This document shows, in pieces, positions 39,202 through 51,592 of a stretch of 64,000 bases of DNA; position 1 is the stretch's first letter, and each line of letters begins with the position of its first letter. The notes below the pieces were generated by a model, which was not told the DNA's origin, searched no databases, and saw only the letters and a list, made by a program, of their open reading frames with translations. The stretch is from Neophaeotheca triangularis (lineage: Eukaryota), in NCBI GenBank assembly GCA_054600435.1, contig BAAIJX010000014.1, positions 372,001-436,000 of the forward strand, in the 5' to 3' direction. The position numbers and the translations under genes are program-made.

Positions 39202-40875
39202 ATGGCCAGCAGTCCGAACCCTGCGAGTCGCAATGCGAATGCCCCACTCATGGCCGGAGAAGGTAGCAGTGGCAGCAGCAGTAGAAACAGTACCAACGAA
39301 GATGGCTCCGAAGTAATGAGTAATAGCGAACCCAGCACTCCTGTCGTCCTCGCAGGTGCTTCCTCACAAACACCAAACCGCTTCATCTACCTCCTCACCT
39401 TGTCCGCTGGTATTAGCGGATTACTCTTCGGCTACGATACCGGAGTCATCTCTTCGACCCTCATCTCGATCAAGGCGGACCTCTCCCAACGATTCTTGAC
39501 GACCGCTGATAAGAGCTTGATCACCGCCATCACTTCTTTTGCTGCGCTACTGTGCGCGCCGTTGACAGGGTGGTTGGCAGATCGCTATGGCAGGAAAAGG
39601 GTCATCCTGGTCTCGAACCTGCTTTTCATCCTGGGAGCTGTCTTGCAGGCAGTAGCACAAACAGTATGGTTCATGGTTGTAGGCAGAGCGGCAGTTGGTG
39701 CAGCAGTGGGCATGGCTAGCGGAGTGGTGCCGCTTTATATCAGTGAAATGGCACCCGCAGACAAGAGAGGGCGCTTCGTTACGATTCAGTCCTTATTCAT
39801 CACTGGGGGGCAAGTGGTCGCCTATCTAGTAGGCTGGGCTCTCGCGCGCACACCCGGCGGTTGGCGCTGGATGGTGGGCTTGGGAGCCCTACCCGCCGCT
39901 GTCCAACTCGCGCTCCTCTTCGCCATGCCCGAAACCCCTCGCTGGCTGGTAAAAGTTGATCGCGACCACGCAGCGCGCAATGTCCTCCAAAAGATTTGCC
40001 GTGGAAGCAACCCAGCCTCCCCCGCCCTCGCAGCAGAAGAAGTTCTCTCCCACATCAAAACCGAAATCGCCGACGAAATCAAAACCTTCGGACCCAAGAC
40101 CAACTTCAGCAGCACCCTCACCGACCTCCTCTTTACCCCCGGCAACCGTCGCGCCCTCACCATAGCCTGCACCCTACAATCCCTGCAACAGCTCTGCGGC
40201 TTCAACAGCCTCATGTATTTTAGCGCAACCATCTTCTCCCTCCTCGGCTATCACAAACCCATCGCGACCTCTCTCACAATCGCCGGCACAAACTTCCTCT
40301 CCACCCTCGCAGCCTTCACCTACATCGACCGCGCCGGCCGCCGCAACATGCTCCTACGCAGCATCCCGCTCATGATCCTCGGCCTTCTTATCGCCGCCAC
40401 AGCCTTCCACGCCCTCTTTCCAGGCGGCCACATGCGCCAAACCTCCCCCTTCACGGACGACTCCCACGCCGCGACTTCCGCGTGGCCGCACCTCCTGCTC
40501 GCCGCGCTCATGCTCTACGTCGCCTCCTACGCCATCGGCCTCGGCTGCGTCCCCTGGCAGCAATCCGAGCTCTTTCCACTGCGGGTGCGTTCAGTCGGCT
40601 CGGCTCTCTCGACCAGTACGAACTGGAGTTGCAATTTCCTCGTCGGCATGACTTTCCTACCCATGATGGAGGTGCTGGGTCCGAGTCTCACTTTCCTCCT
40701 CTACGCTCTCGTTTGCGCTGGAGGTTGGTGGGTGGTGTGGCGCATTTATCCCGAGACTGCTGGCTTGGAATTGGAAGATATCGGCGAGCTGTTGAAAGAT
40801 GGCTGGGGGGTTGGGACGAGCGTAAGACGGTTTCGGGATGGGAAGAGGGGTATGGTCCTTGTTGGTGGGGAGTAA
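39202..40875 (+). CDS. MFS sugar porter, myo-inositol transporter-like (557 aa)
   Basis: GLLFGYDTGVIS, ADRYGRKR, PLYISEMAP..RG, PETPRWL, QQLCGFNSLMYFS, IDRAGRR, PWQQSELFPL, YPETAG. Confidence 0.92.
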   Translation: MASSPNPASRNANAPLMAGEGSSGSSSRNSTNEDGSEVMSNSEPSTPVVLAGASSQTPNRFIYLLTLSAGISGLLFGYDTGVISSTLISIKADLSQRFLTTADKSLITAITSFAALLCAPLTGWLADRYGRKRVILVSNLLFILGAVLQAVAQTVWFMVVGRAAVGAAVGMASGVVPLYISEMAPADKRGRFVTIQSLFITGGQVVAYLVGWALARTPGGWRWMVGLGALPAAVQLALLFAMPETPRWLVKVDRDHAARNVLQKICRGSNPASPALAAEEVLSHIKTEIADEIKTFGPKTNFSSTLTDLLFTPGNRRALTIACTLQSLQQLCGFNSLMYFSATIFSLLGYHKPIATSLTIAGTNFLSTLAAFTYIDRAGRRNMLLRSIPLMILGLLIAATAFHALFPGGHMRQTSPFTDDSHAATSAWPHLLLAALMLYVASYAIGLGCVPWQQSELFPLRVRSVGSALSTSTNWSCNFLVGMTFLPMMEVLGPSLTFLLYALVCAGGWWVVWRIYPETAGLELEDIGELLKDGWGVGTSVRRFRDGKRGMVLVGGE

Positions 40876-41593
40876 TGAGACAAGTAAGGCGAAATGGCGT
40901 GAAGCCGACTGGCAATATGGAATATGGCAATGCGAATATGATTCTTGGACTTTTTTCTTTTGGGACGTTCGTGGATATGAAAGCGTAATATCTACCTATT
41001 CCCCTTGAGTACTTTGCCGATGCGCTTGGCCGGGGCTCGAGTAACTATTTGCTACGGACTTCTCGCTGTGTCGCTGGCGCGAACTCAAAATCCAACCGAA
41101 CGCACTTCCTCCTGCCACGACAACGCTGGTTCCTCGTTCGCAGCAAAATCAAAGCGCCGGGAAATTGCACGACCGAGCGACGCTGAGAACTTCAACTTCG
41201 ACTGACTATATCTCATGAGGTGTCCAAAATATTTGAGAGAACAATGTAAGGACGCTAGCCAGTAATTCGTGCAACGCACCACCACACGGCCTTACCCCTG
41301 GCAACATATTGAGAAGCATCTGGATGCCTTGGACAATCGACGGGTTGCGAGAGGAAGGAAAACTTGACGGCGGGTTTTGGATACATACAAGACGCGCGGA
41401 CCAGCGCTGCGAATTGTGCTAGCTACCATGCATGTCGTTCTGCGAGCTCGAGCGTGCAATGCACATACCACGAAGCCAAATCGCGTCCACTGTCGAAGTT
41501 CCGTCGTAAAAAAAAAAAAAGAGATGAAACTGTCATTACCCAAAACCAAAAGCACTTTCCAACTCCTCTCAAACCCCTTCCTTCTCAAACTTT

Positions 41594-42185
41594 TCACGAC
41601 GGCTTTTGCTCCTCCCGAACACCCCCCAGCGGCTGAATCCTCGAACCATCGGTAATCTCATCATCGACCCCTGGGTTCGTGGTCGCGGTGCCAGCGCCCT
41701 TGGTGATATCATCGCTCGCAGCGCCCTTGTAAGTGCCATCGCTGCCTTTACTCCCCTTCTCCGCCGCCAGCGCGCCGAACAGGGGCTCCACTTTTGTCTC
41801 CTGTATCGTGGCGTCGCGGCCTACAACGCCCTAGCGGAGACAAAAAGAAGGTTGAGCGTCAGCTGAATTTTCGGCAATGTTGCGGTTTTCCTCTTGGCGG
41901 GTGAAGATCGTACCTGGCTGTCAGCGTGACTTGCTGGGTTCTGGTATTGGCCCTGTGCGTCCACGGGGCTGATGCGGGTTTGGTCGATCTTGCTGTCGGC
42001 GCCGGCGGAACCGCGGAGGTTCTCGTCGTGGGGCGTGTTGGTCTTGGTTGTGGAGTCGAGGGGTGCGAGTTTGGAGGCGGAGAGGCGCTCGTCTTGGCCC
42101 GGGCCTGGGTTGCTGTTGGGGGTGTTAGAGAGTTGCGTCGCGGGGGGTTGTGTTGTTGGGAGGGAGGCGCTTACACGCCGGACAT
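41594..42185 (-). CDS. Small hydrophilic repeat protein (exons 42185-42175, 42112-41914, 41830-41594; 148 aa)
   Basis: ACAACA-ATG context; two introns with GTAAGC/GTACGA donors, CTAAC/CTGAC branch points and YAG acceptors joining in frame. Confidence 0.8.
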
Positions 42186-42292
42186 TGTTGTTGTTGTTTT
42201 GGCGGTGGGGCTTGCTGGTGTAGTGGTTGTTTCTGGTTTTGGGTGCTTTTAGGGTGTTGTAATAGTGTTGAAGAGATGATATCAGAGAGAGT

Positions 42293-42408
42293 GTGTGAGT
42301 GAGAGAGAGAGAGAGAGAGAGAGAGAAAAGATGGGTCTACTACCTGTCTTCTTATTGTCTTACCTACCTCCACTCGCCGCTATCATCATCATCATCATCA
42401 TCATCATC
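42293..42408. repeat. (GA)n and (ATC)n microsatellites in a divergent intergenic region
   Basis: GA run at about 42301-42326; ATC run at about 42382-42408. Confidence 0.9.
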
Positions 42409-43103
42409 AAGATGCCTAGCCGAAGTTCATCGTGATGTCCTGTTATCGTGCAATCGAGGTCTTGTCATCATGCATCATACCCCAAGAGCATCGAGCGGGG
42501 CATCGCACTGGGTACCGTACTCTCAGCAGGCAGAGGTCGTCGTCCCTTTTGTCATGTGTGTGTTCGGCATCGCCTTGTTCTTCATGCCTGTAACGAGACA
42601 CGCTACATCATCTGATTTGGCCTTGTTAATCTGATGCTGTCCCCGTACGCAATGTTATGGTCGTGAGGACGAGATCAAGCCCCGTCGCGTTGTAGCAAGT
42701 CGACGGTCAACAGAGGGAGGGAGAGGATTTGGTTGCCCCACGTTGGAGCGCGATTCATCGCATGGTCGGTCCGGTTCTGCGGTGTCAGTGCCAGCCCAGG
42801 CCTTGTTGAAAGTTGTACTCGCATCACGTCCAATAGCAGGATGCATTTCGTCGTATAAGTGGCAGGACGGCAGCAGTTGGTACTCGCTTCGAGGGGAGGG
42901 CAGGCTCGGCAGGGCAAGCAAACGCGGAGAAGGGTCCAGCAAGTTGCAACAAGCTAAAAGTCCAGACCACGACTTGCGCGAGTGCGTCTGTCGGGTTTTG
43001 GTGGAAACACTCAAACACCCTTTTCCGCCTCGCCTCCTTCTCTTCCAACCCCTTGACCAAGCACCGGCGAGAGCATCTATCCACACTCTCTTCTCCCTCG
43101 TAT

Positions 43104-44548
43104 ATGTCTTCAAACATCCACCCGTTCCTGACGGAGCCCGACAATCTCGTCTTGCGCACTCTTTTCCGACACATTGACGCCGCAGACTCCAAGCCGAGTC
43201 AGGCAAGCCTAAACGACAACGACAGGGACACGGACAAGGACAAGGACGAGACAAAAGGCTTGTCCGTGGCCGAAGTCGAGCTCAGCAGTGATGACGAGAC
43301 GTATGGCGGCAGTTCGAGCGTGGAAGGCAATGAGAAGCCGCATGTGATTGAGAAAAGCGACGACCAGGATGCCATCGAACGACTACTGGCCATCAACAAT
43401 GCTTCCCACCAAGACTTCCAACCCACCGTCTTTACCGGCTGGGACGAGAAGGACCTCCCTCAATGGCTGAACCGATACGTCGTCCAGCCCTATGTCGCTG
43501 TCGCCAAAAACATTGTGCGTAGACCGACAGATGTCGTCTTCCTCACCCACATCTTGCTCTATTTCGCCACCTCGGTACCAAGCGCAGCATATCTCTACTA
43601 CAACTTCACCTGGGTCCATGGCATTCTCCACTCCATCTGGTCCGTCTACTGCTGCGGCCCTTTCACCTTGATGCTGCACAACCATATCCACAACAATGGA
43701 GTGTTGGCCAAGGAATACTCTACCTTCGACAAGGCTTTTCCCTACATTCTTGAGCCGCTCTATGGCCACACTTGGGACTCCTATTATTATCACCATGTCA
43801 AACATCACCACGTTGAAGGAAATGGTACGTCTAACCTCCGACATGTCTCTCTTCTCCAAAACTTCCCAACTAACCCAACCCAGGCCCCGACGACCTCTCG
43901 TCAACAATCCGCTACCAACGCGACTCCCCCTACCACTTTCTCTGCTACTTCACCCGCTTCCTACTCCTCTGCTGGGCCGAACTCCCCCTCTACTTCCTAC
44001 GCAAAAACAAACCCAACCTGGCTCTCCGCGCCCTAGCCCTCGAATTAACCTCCTACCTGCTCCACGCCACCATACTCCTCCACCACCCGCGCCCCGCCCT
44101 CTTCACCCTCACCATCCCCTTCCTCCTCATGCGCCTGGGCCTCATGGTCGGCAACTGGGGCCAACACGCCCTCGTCGACGACGTCGACCCCTCCTCCGAC
44201 TTCCGCAGTTCTATAACCCTAATCGACGTCCCCAGCAACCGCTTCTGCTTCAATGACGGCTACCACACCGCTCACCACCTCAACCCGCTGCGCCACTGGC
44301 GCGACCACCCAGTTCACTTTCTGCAGCAAAAAGATGCTTATATCCAGGGCAGGGCCCTTGTCTTTCATAATGTCGATTACCTCTTCATCACTGTCAAGTT
44401 GCTTTGCAAGGATTACGAAGGTCTGGCCGAGTGTCTGGTGCCGATTTCTGACGAGCAGGTTGCCATGAGTTTGCCGCAACGGGCGGATATGTTGAGAACG
44501 AAGACGACGGCGTTTACCGAGGCGGATATTGGGAGGAAGTTTAAGTGA
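43104..44548 (+). CDS. Membrane fatty-acid-desaturase-like protein (intron 43825-43883)
   Basis: His boxes HNHIH, HHVKHHH and YHTAHH; TM segments; spliced EGNGPDDLSSTIRYQRD. Confidence 0.88.
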
Positions 44549-45847
44549 GGGTGTGGAGGTAGAGGGACTGAAGTCGGGACCCTTGTGAAAGCAATGGGTG
44601 TCTTTGGACACGGCTTGACACGGATGAGGCGCCGACGATCGCAACTAGACGAAGCGCAGGGTGTATAGTCTGTACATGAGGTTGCGCAGATGGTACTTAC
44701 ATACCCCATCGCTTCCCTCGCCTACCATAATAACCTGTTGTCCCCCGGTAGAACCACAAAAGAACTCTCCCGTTTCCCTTCCCTACCAGCAAGAACACTC
44801 ACCAAGACCGCCTCCTCATCTCACCACTCTCCCAGCCACTGCATCCACTCGCCTCCACCCAAGAAAAGCGTAAGTACCAAGTCCCTCCCCAGCGCACCGC
44901 CCATTATCGTACAACCACAACCCCGCCTCCGATGCACAAAACCCAAGCCAAACCCCAAAACCGCCAACAACAACCACAACCACCTCCGACCCAGCAAACA
45001 CAAGCACCCGCACCTCCCCTTCCTCCCGCGCCAGTAAAAGGCATCGACCGCCACCGCTCTCGCACTCGAAGCTTTCCGCCACGGCGCTCACCTCCCTAGC
45101 GAATCCCGCACTCCCGACACAGCCGCGCCGACGAACTGGCCGACACGCTCTCGACTCGCTCGCCGTGGAATCGCTGCTGAGGTTGCTTTTGCAGTAGTTG
45201 CTGTTGTTGTTGTTGTCGTCGTCGTCGCTGGGTGGGTAGGCGGGTGGGTGGGTAGGTATCGGGAGCGATGGACGTTTAGGTCTTGGGAGCGGGGGTGGGG
45301 GATAGTGGTGGTGGTGTTGAGGCTGGGGGGGCTGGGGCTTGGGTGTTGATGGGGAGGGAGGGATGGGGGTTTTTGGAACTGAGGGGCGGTGGGGTGCTTG
45401 GTTTGGGAAGGTTTCGAGGGGGTGGTGTTGGGCTGTGGGTGGTGTGGCTAGAGTGGGTGGTACCGGGCTCCGGGTGGTGTGGCTGGCTAGCTACATAGTG
45501 TGCTATGGACGCAGGGTACTGTGAGTTGTTGTCGCGGTTTTCCGGGGCTTGGATCTGGAGAGATGGGGGGAGTGGTGTGATGCGGGGATCATGATTGAGC
45601 TGCTAGTCTACGGTCTTTTTGTTTGGTGTTGCTCGCCGGGATCCGGTCTTGGGGGATTGGAATGCTGGGGTTTGCTGGCTCTCGGTGGAGGTTTCCGCTG
45701 TTTGTGTTGCGATGTTGTTGAATGGGAACCAGGGCTTTGATCGCCGGGGAGAAAGGCCGGGGTTGGCTGTATGGAAGTATTACTGTCCCGGGTGAATATA
45801 CAGAATTTATAGATGTCCGACTCTGACTCTGTTGGCATAGGTGGTTA

Positions 45848-46625
45848 CTATGTTAGAGTGCCGACGCTGCTACTGGTACCACGCCATCCACTCCCATTTC
45901 TCCCGCGACAACCTCCCACCCAGAAACGCCATCCTGAGCGACTGCGACGTTCACGAGCTGATGCTGCTCTGTCACTCGGATAAGGTGCTCCCAAAAGGTT
46001 TCTCTACGACAACTGGCCAGCGAATTTCAACTAGGATGCGCTCCCTCTCCCCATTCGCCGTCCCCTCGAGCTACTAGCGGTTATCTACGTTAAGAAGTAC
46101 AACCGTTACCGTTACGTTTACGTCTAGGGTGTCTATACCCTCAGTAGTGAAAAGCACTGTTACGACACGCTGGAGGCAGCGCAAGATGACGACAGGCGCA
46201 TCGACTGCGACACGAACGACCTAGTTTTCTACCCTTAGATGCGACCAAACACTGCGGGCGCGTCCAAATCCTACTACTCATAGAAGGGCAAGCCAATTTC
46301 AGGTACGAGCCCGACATAGAGGTCGACTAGACAAAGATCGAGTGGCCCGAATACGTCGACGTTGATCGCATCCAAGACGACTTGCGTGCCTACCTCGACG
46401 AACAGGCCAGTATGGTCCCAGCCCAGCAAGCGGTACCCTAGCAAGTCGTCGATGTCTGGCTCGATGGCCGCAATGCGCTCGCCTAGCCCATCCCCACATC
46501 CCTGGTGAAGACGCTATCAAGAAAATCACCAACGTCGCCGAATTTCACGACACCGACCCGTTTCCCATTCAACGATACGCCGTCAACCCCCCTCCCCCAG
46601 AAGACCAGATGGATCCGACGGGTAG
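45848..46625 (+). pseudogene. Decayed coding sequence with RIP-like TAG stops
   Basis: Coding-like frames FLYDNWPANFN*DALPL and DIEVD*TKIEWPEYVD..AVP*QVVDVWLDGRNALA*; the four stops are TAG. Confidence 0.55.
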
Positions 46626-47039
46626 GTCTGTCGCTGTCGCATTGTAAATTGGCGTAGTTTGTGTCGCCGAGATGAGATCGAAGAAGTTAGATTTGTCCTG
46701 GGTACCTACTGTCAGGCACCTAGTTGTAGGGACATGAATTGTGGTATGGTACATTGATGATCTATCTTACTACTGAGGAAGGCTGAAGATAAGCTCAGCT
46801 GGCTGGGTAGTGCACCAGCCAGATGGTGCTGTAGCATGTGCCCCCCCTTCGAGAGAGGGCTGCCGTCTCGGACAGCGTTAGACAGATCTAGAGAAGGAGG
46901 GAAAACAAAGTGCCGTTACGCTTCGGCGCCTGAAAACCCCATCACGCTAGTCCCTTGTTCCACCTTGGAGAACGTAGTTAGAAGAAGGCAGACTTATCGG
47001 GCGGGGGGGGCGTTAGCCGTGTCGAGACTGGCGTAGGTA

Positions 47040-47460
47040 GTCGCCTTGGTAGCCGTCTATCTGTAGTTCCGGATTCGCCTACCTTAGGCAGATGCTCGAA
47101 CGGGGCGACCTCAAGGGTTGAGCAGTGAGTTCAGGTAAGCGACGTAGGTGGCATCGCCCAGGTTTACTAGGTCAGGAATGTCGGGTACGGGGAGTCCGGT
47201 TGGTTAACCGTTAGGGTTCACCCCGTACTTAGGGAGGTCGCTTTGCGTGACGCCGGCTGCCTGCATGGCCTCGTCGAGCAGTAAGGCTTTGCGCCGGATG
47301 CGACTTTCGACGCCCATAGCCCGTTGGGCGTCGTCGGCCAGGCTCTGCGCGTAGGGGAAAATCCAATTGCGTTTAGTGTGGCTTGCGAAGGGGCGCATGA
47401 GGTCGACAAGGCCTGGGTCTGTTCCCAGCTCGGGAACGATTTTTGGGGGGGTTTGCGGCA
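47040..47460 (-). pseudogene. Second decayed coding fragment in a TpA-rich stretch
   Basis: Frame PPKIVPELGTDPGLVDLMRPF..KYGVNPNG*PTGLPVPDIPDLVNLGDATYVAYLNSLLNP* continues through stops. Confidence 0.4.
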
Positions 47461-47849
47461 GCGCTGTTAGTAGGTGCCTTCTAGGCACCTTGAAGAGGCA
47501 AGCAGCGGCCGCACCAGGGTGCACCTGCATACCTTGTTGCTATCAACTACGTTGCAGGGACAGTATCATGACCCTCCACTCTACAAGATGCCAGGAACAC
47601 CAACAAATGAAAAGAGTGAGACAGAGTGGAAGCAAAGTGAGTGCGAAAGTTCTTGCGTTGATTATGCTAGAACTTGAACCCAAAAAAGAAACCCAAACGC
47701 CAACCCCAAACTCCGAGAACTCCAAAACCAAACAATGAACCCTTGTTCCCGCTGACCTCGTTAAAAACCTCGTCGCCTTGAACGTTGCGATCGAGGAAAA
47801 GAGTGACAGCCACGACCCCCCAACCTAAACACCCGGCGCCGAGCCATGC

Positions 47850-48740
47850 TCACAGGCAATTGTCAAAGTTCAACCAATCCCAGTCCACGTCCATGTGCCC
47901 CATCCCGACCCCCTCCAGATCCGCGCCCGTCTCCCACGCAGCAATATTCTCCATCGCCTGCCTGAACACGGCGTCGAACTCCCCATTCCAAGACTCCCCC
48001 ACGGCCTCCCCAGCAGGCTCCACCACCTCCTCCAACCCCTGCGTCAACCCCTCGTCCTCCACAACCTCGCCGGGAGCATCCAACTCCCCACCCAGCTCCT
48101 CCGAAACCACAAACCCCCCATCGTCCCGGGCAACGGCGGCCCCATCCACGGCCCCCTCCATCTCCTCCCCAGCGGGTGGCCCAGGCCCCTCATTCGTCGT
48201 CGCGGGCTGCGCCCTCCTCTTCCTCTGCCTCGTCGCCCTCGCCGGGGCCTTCACCACTCTCCCACTCTCCACCTTCGCCGTGGCCTTCCTGGCACGCTCC
48301 GCTGCCCGCGCCTCCGTCTGCTGCTTGTTTTTCTGGGCTCGGTGAGCCCAATGCGCCTCACGCGGCGTCTTTCCGGTCCGGGCGCCGGGACCGCTCTTCC
48401 ACCGCGTGTCCCAGTACGAGTCGAAGCCCAGGGATTCCGACGGCGGAGGTCCCTTGGGCACTGCCGGCGGGTCGAGCCGGGTGTCGTTGCCGGCGGCTGG
48501 TGTGTTTGCTCCCGGGCGAGGGGAGTCCGATGAGTATCCGGTTGCTGTATTACCGGCTTGTCCAATGGCGGGGCCTTCGGCGGCCGTGCTGGGTCCAGTG
48601 GCGTTATTACTGGCGGGTCCTGGGCTTGCCGGGAACGGGGCGAAGCCGGCTCCGTAGGGAACGTAATCCCCGGAGTACTGGAGCTCGACGCCGGGGTAGA
48701 GGTAGGCGTCGGTTCCGAAACGGGCGGCGAAGGAGTTCAT
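47850..48740 (-). CDS. Hypothetical protein, 296 aa, with a basic central region and an acidic/aromatic C-terminus
   Basis: Uninterrupted ATG-started ORF (CCAGA-ATG); no recognised domain. Confidence 0.55.
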   Translation of the reverse strand: MNSFAARFGTDAYLYPGVELQYSGDYVPYGAGFAPFPASPGPASNNATGPSTAAEGPAIGQAGNTATGYSSDSPRPGANTPAAGNDTRLDPPAVPKGPPPSESLGFDSYWDTRWKSGPGARTGKTPREAHWAHRAQKNKQQTEARAAERARKATAKVESGRVVKAPARATRQRKRRAQPATTNEGPGPPAGEEMEGAVDGAAVARDDGGFVVSEELGGELDAPGEVVEDEGLTQGLEEVVEPAGEAVGESWNGEFDAVFRQAMENIAAWETGADLEGVGMGHMDVDWDWLNFDNCL

Positions 48741-51592
48741 TCTGGCGGTGATTTGCCGGGAATGTTGGTGTTGGTGGTGTTGGTGGTGTTGGTGATGGTG
48801 GTGATGATGGTGATGATGGTGATGGCGGTGTTCTGTGAGCTTCTTGGTGGTTTTCTGTGATTTGATATGCGTGGTTGTGCTTGGTTTGTGCAGTGAATGG
48901 TATGCTTGTTTGGGTATCTCTGAAGATGGGGAGAGAGAGGGAAAAAAAAGAAGTCGCTGGGAAAGACGGGCATTTTATCCTCTCAGGCCTACCTGATGCT
49001 CCCGGCGAACAGGATGGGAGTAAATTCTCACATTGCTGACCGTCAGCACAGTAGCTTCAGAGGAGATTTTGGGGATCGTAAGTCCATGGCCGAACAATAT
49101 CGCCAGGGACATCCTCCCGCACTTGATATTGGTATGAGGAGATAGCCCCGGGCAATGCGATCAGACTCATGCCCATATCGACGGCTTTGAGGTTGCTGTC
49201 ATACCGCTGGTGAATTAAATGCGGTAGAGGGTGTCGTGAAGGTGCAGAGCTCTGAGGGGCGCCGGGGACCCACGCTAGAGATAGACTTTCAGACCCTGAA
49301 TCTATGAGATCCTCACACTCACTCGTTCGTGGTGATGGCAACATCATATGTGCTTGATGATATCTGTATGAGGAGATAGCCCTGGTCCAGGCGACCGTTC
49401 TCATATGCATACTGATGGTATACTTGCTGTGTTGTGTTCGTCGTGGAAGGATGAAGCAAACCTCAGCATCGCGGACTCGGCGAGGTGCGAGTCTCCGGGG
49501 CCCCAGCTGCTCCACAGGGGACTAGCCGTAACGGCTGACAAGTTCTCTGGCATCGCGTTATCTTGCCTTGCATGTACGAATACTGATTAGCAGTAATGAC
49601 GTGAAGGCAAGAGAGGCCTAGCGGCTCCCAACTGACAATGGGAGCTCGACGGTAGCAACGTCGACGATGCGAAGATCGGGATGGCGATGGGGCTCCGAGC
49701 TGCGTTGCGCTTGAGCGTGTTGGGAAGCAGGGAAGGTGTTTGGGCCCAGCGCCTTCCATCATCAGGCAGCGACGTCCTTGCCAGACTGCACCTACCTCCT
49801 TCCCCATGCACACATGCACAGTGCGTGAGACGGGTACAGACAACAAGGTTCGGGTTGTCGAAGCGTTTGGCGTTGCGCAGTCACAATGCGACGACGGCCT
49901 CTTCGTTACTCTTGCGGTATGACCACTGTTCTCTCTCTGTCCTCACGGGAGCAGACTCCGCGACGACCTAACTTCAGCGAGATGGCAACCGAGCGACGAT
50001 GCGACGATGCGACGACAGGCCTCGATGACCTTGTTCGACCCTGCCTTGACTGGGCGGAAGACTTTACGAGTGTGTTGACATGCAACAAACGGCAAGTTCC
50101 ATCACATGTCACCCCTGCATTCGAGTTCCGGAGCGAAACGTAAAGCGAAAAAGAAATGAAAGAGAAATGAAAGAGAAGAAGCTTGCCAGAGCCATGGTAA
50201 CATTTACCCTACCCGGAAGGACTCATTCATATACGTCGAGACAACGTCCGGCCGTGTTGTACGTCGGGATAGGGTCAGCCTCGACAGAGTAGACGGTCTC
50301 CACGACCATATTGTTCAGTAAAGGGTTGGCGTTGTTCCGAAACTTACATCCATTGCCTCTCCAAACTTGAATGGTGGCAGCCAAGGCGGTGACAGCAGTA
50401 GCGTTAGGGATGCTGCCTCTAGCAGGTGAAATGCACTGGGAGAGAACGGAGCACATGAGGGTGAGTACTCTCCCGCGTGACTTGTCGTGGCAGGCTGTTC
50501 GAGGCCAGACCAGGTTAAGATTGCTTTTGGAGGCCTGATATGTCGGAACTTTTCTACCGAATCGCTGTCAAGGTACTCGTTTCGTCTCTCCAAGCTAAGG
50601 TCTCTCGTCCTTATCTGGAATTCGGATACATTTTGCTCCGGCTACGTAGCGATAACTCGGCAGGACATCGTCTCCAGAGTCGATGAATTGGTCCCACCTT
50701 ATGTCGAATACTCCATTGCAGGCCGTCGAGTTACTGTATTGGTCTGCGTTGGTCAGATTCGCTTTTGACGGCCAGCAGAACGACTTTCAGGTAAAAAAAA
50801 ATTCGCAAGGGACTTCCCTATCCTACACTGATCGTTTAGCCCGTTCTTTGCTTCACAGGCTTCTTGAAGGCAGCCTCCTCTCTCTCTCCAGCAACTGCCC
50901 GGCCTTGTAGGCGGTCCGAAAGCCGCCGGGCGAGCCGGTAAATCTCTTTTCATATCACTCGATAGCCGTCGAGCTCTTTTCTGCAAATCAGGAATTTTAA
51001 CATCGAGTACAAAGCAGGGATAGAAAGCCGGCAAAATCCATCAACCATGCCAAAGAGAATGTCACCGACCTGTCGTTGAAAGAAAGTGCGATCCAAGCGC
51101 GCGGCTAGTGAAAAAAAATGGGGAATTTGCATGCAGCCTTTTCCGGCCGCTGGCAGTGCGGTGAAGGTAAGTGGGGGAGTTCTTGCCTAAGGCCACCAAT
51201 GCGCCAAGGTAAGGTACTCTAAGGCATCGAGCAGCGAGACGGGAACGACGACAGCCGTAAGTGAGGTAGGAGCGGCGTCACCCTCAACTTCCATGAGAGT
51301 GGGAGGTCACGCGCTTTATTGATCTTACGGCGTGAACAACAAATCGCGTCCTCACTTGAATCGCCACCTTCAACCCTCCCCTCTCCTTCTCCCCGACCTT
51401 CTCCAACCATCGACATCAATCACCTTCTAGTCAACAACCAACCTGGTCGAGGGCGATTACCAGCTACCCACGCCCTTGGTAACGCACGGGGAGAACCAAC
51501 GCGCCGAAAGCTACTTACCGCCAAACAAGGCACCCGAGCCGGTTGGCCTTCTATGAGCTTGTCGGCAACGCCGCACCAGGAGGCAGACGACG

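Noticed and set aside
44816..45838. Possible Pro-rich gene on the - strand
   Set aside because: Frames are low-complexity and need unexplained frame changes; no consistent splice model found
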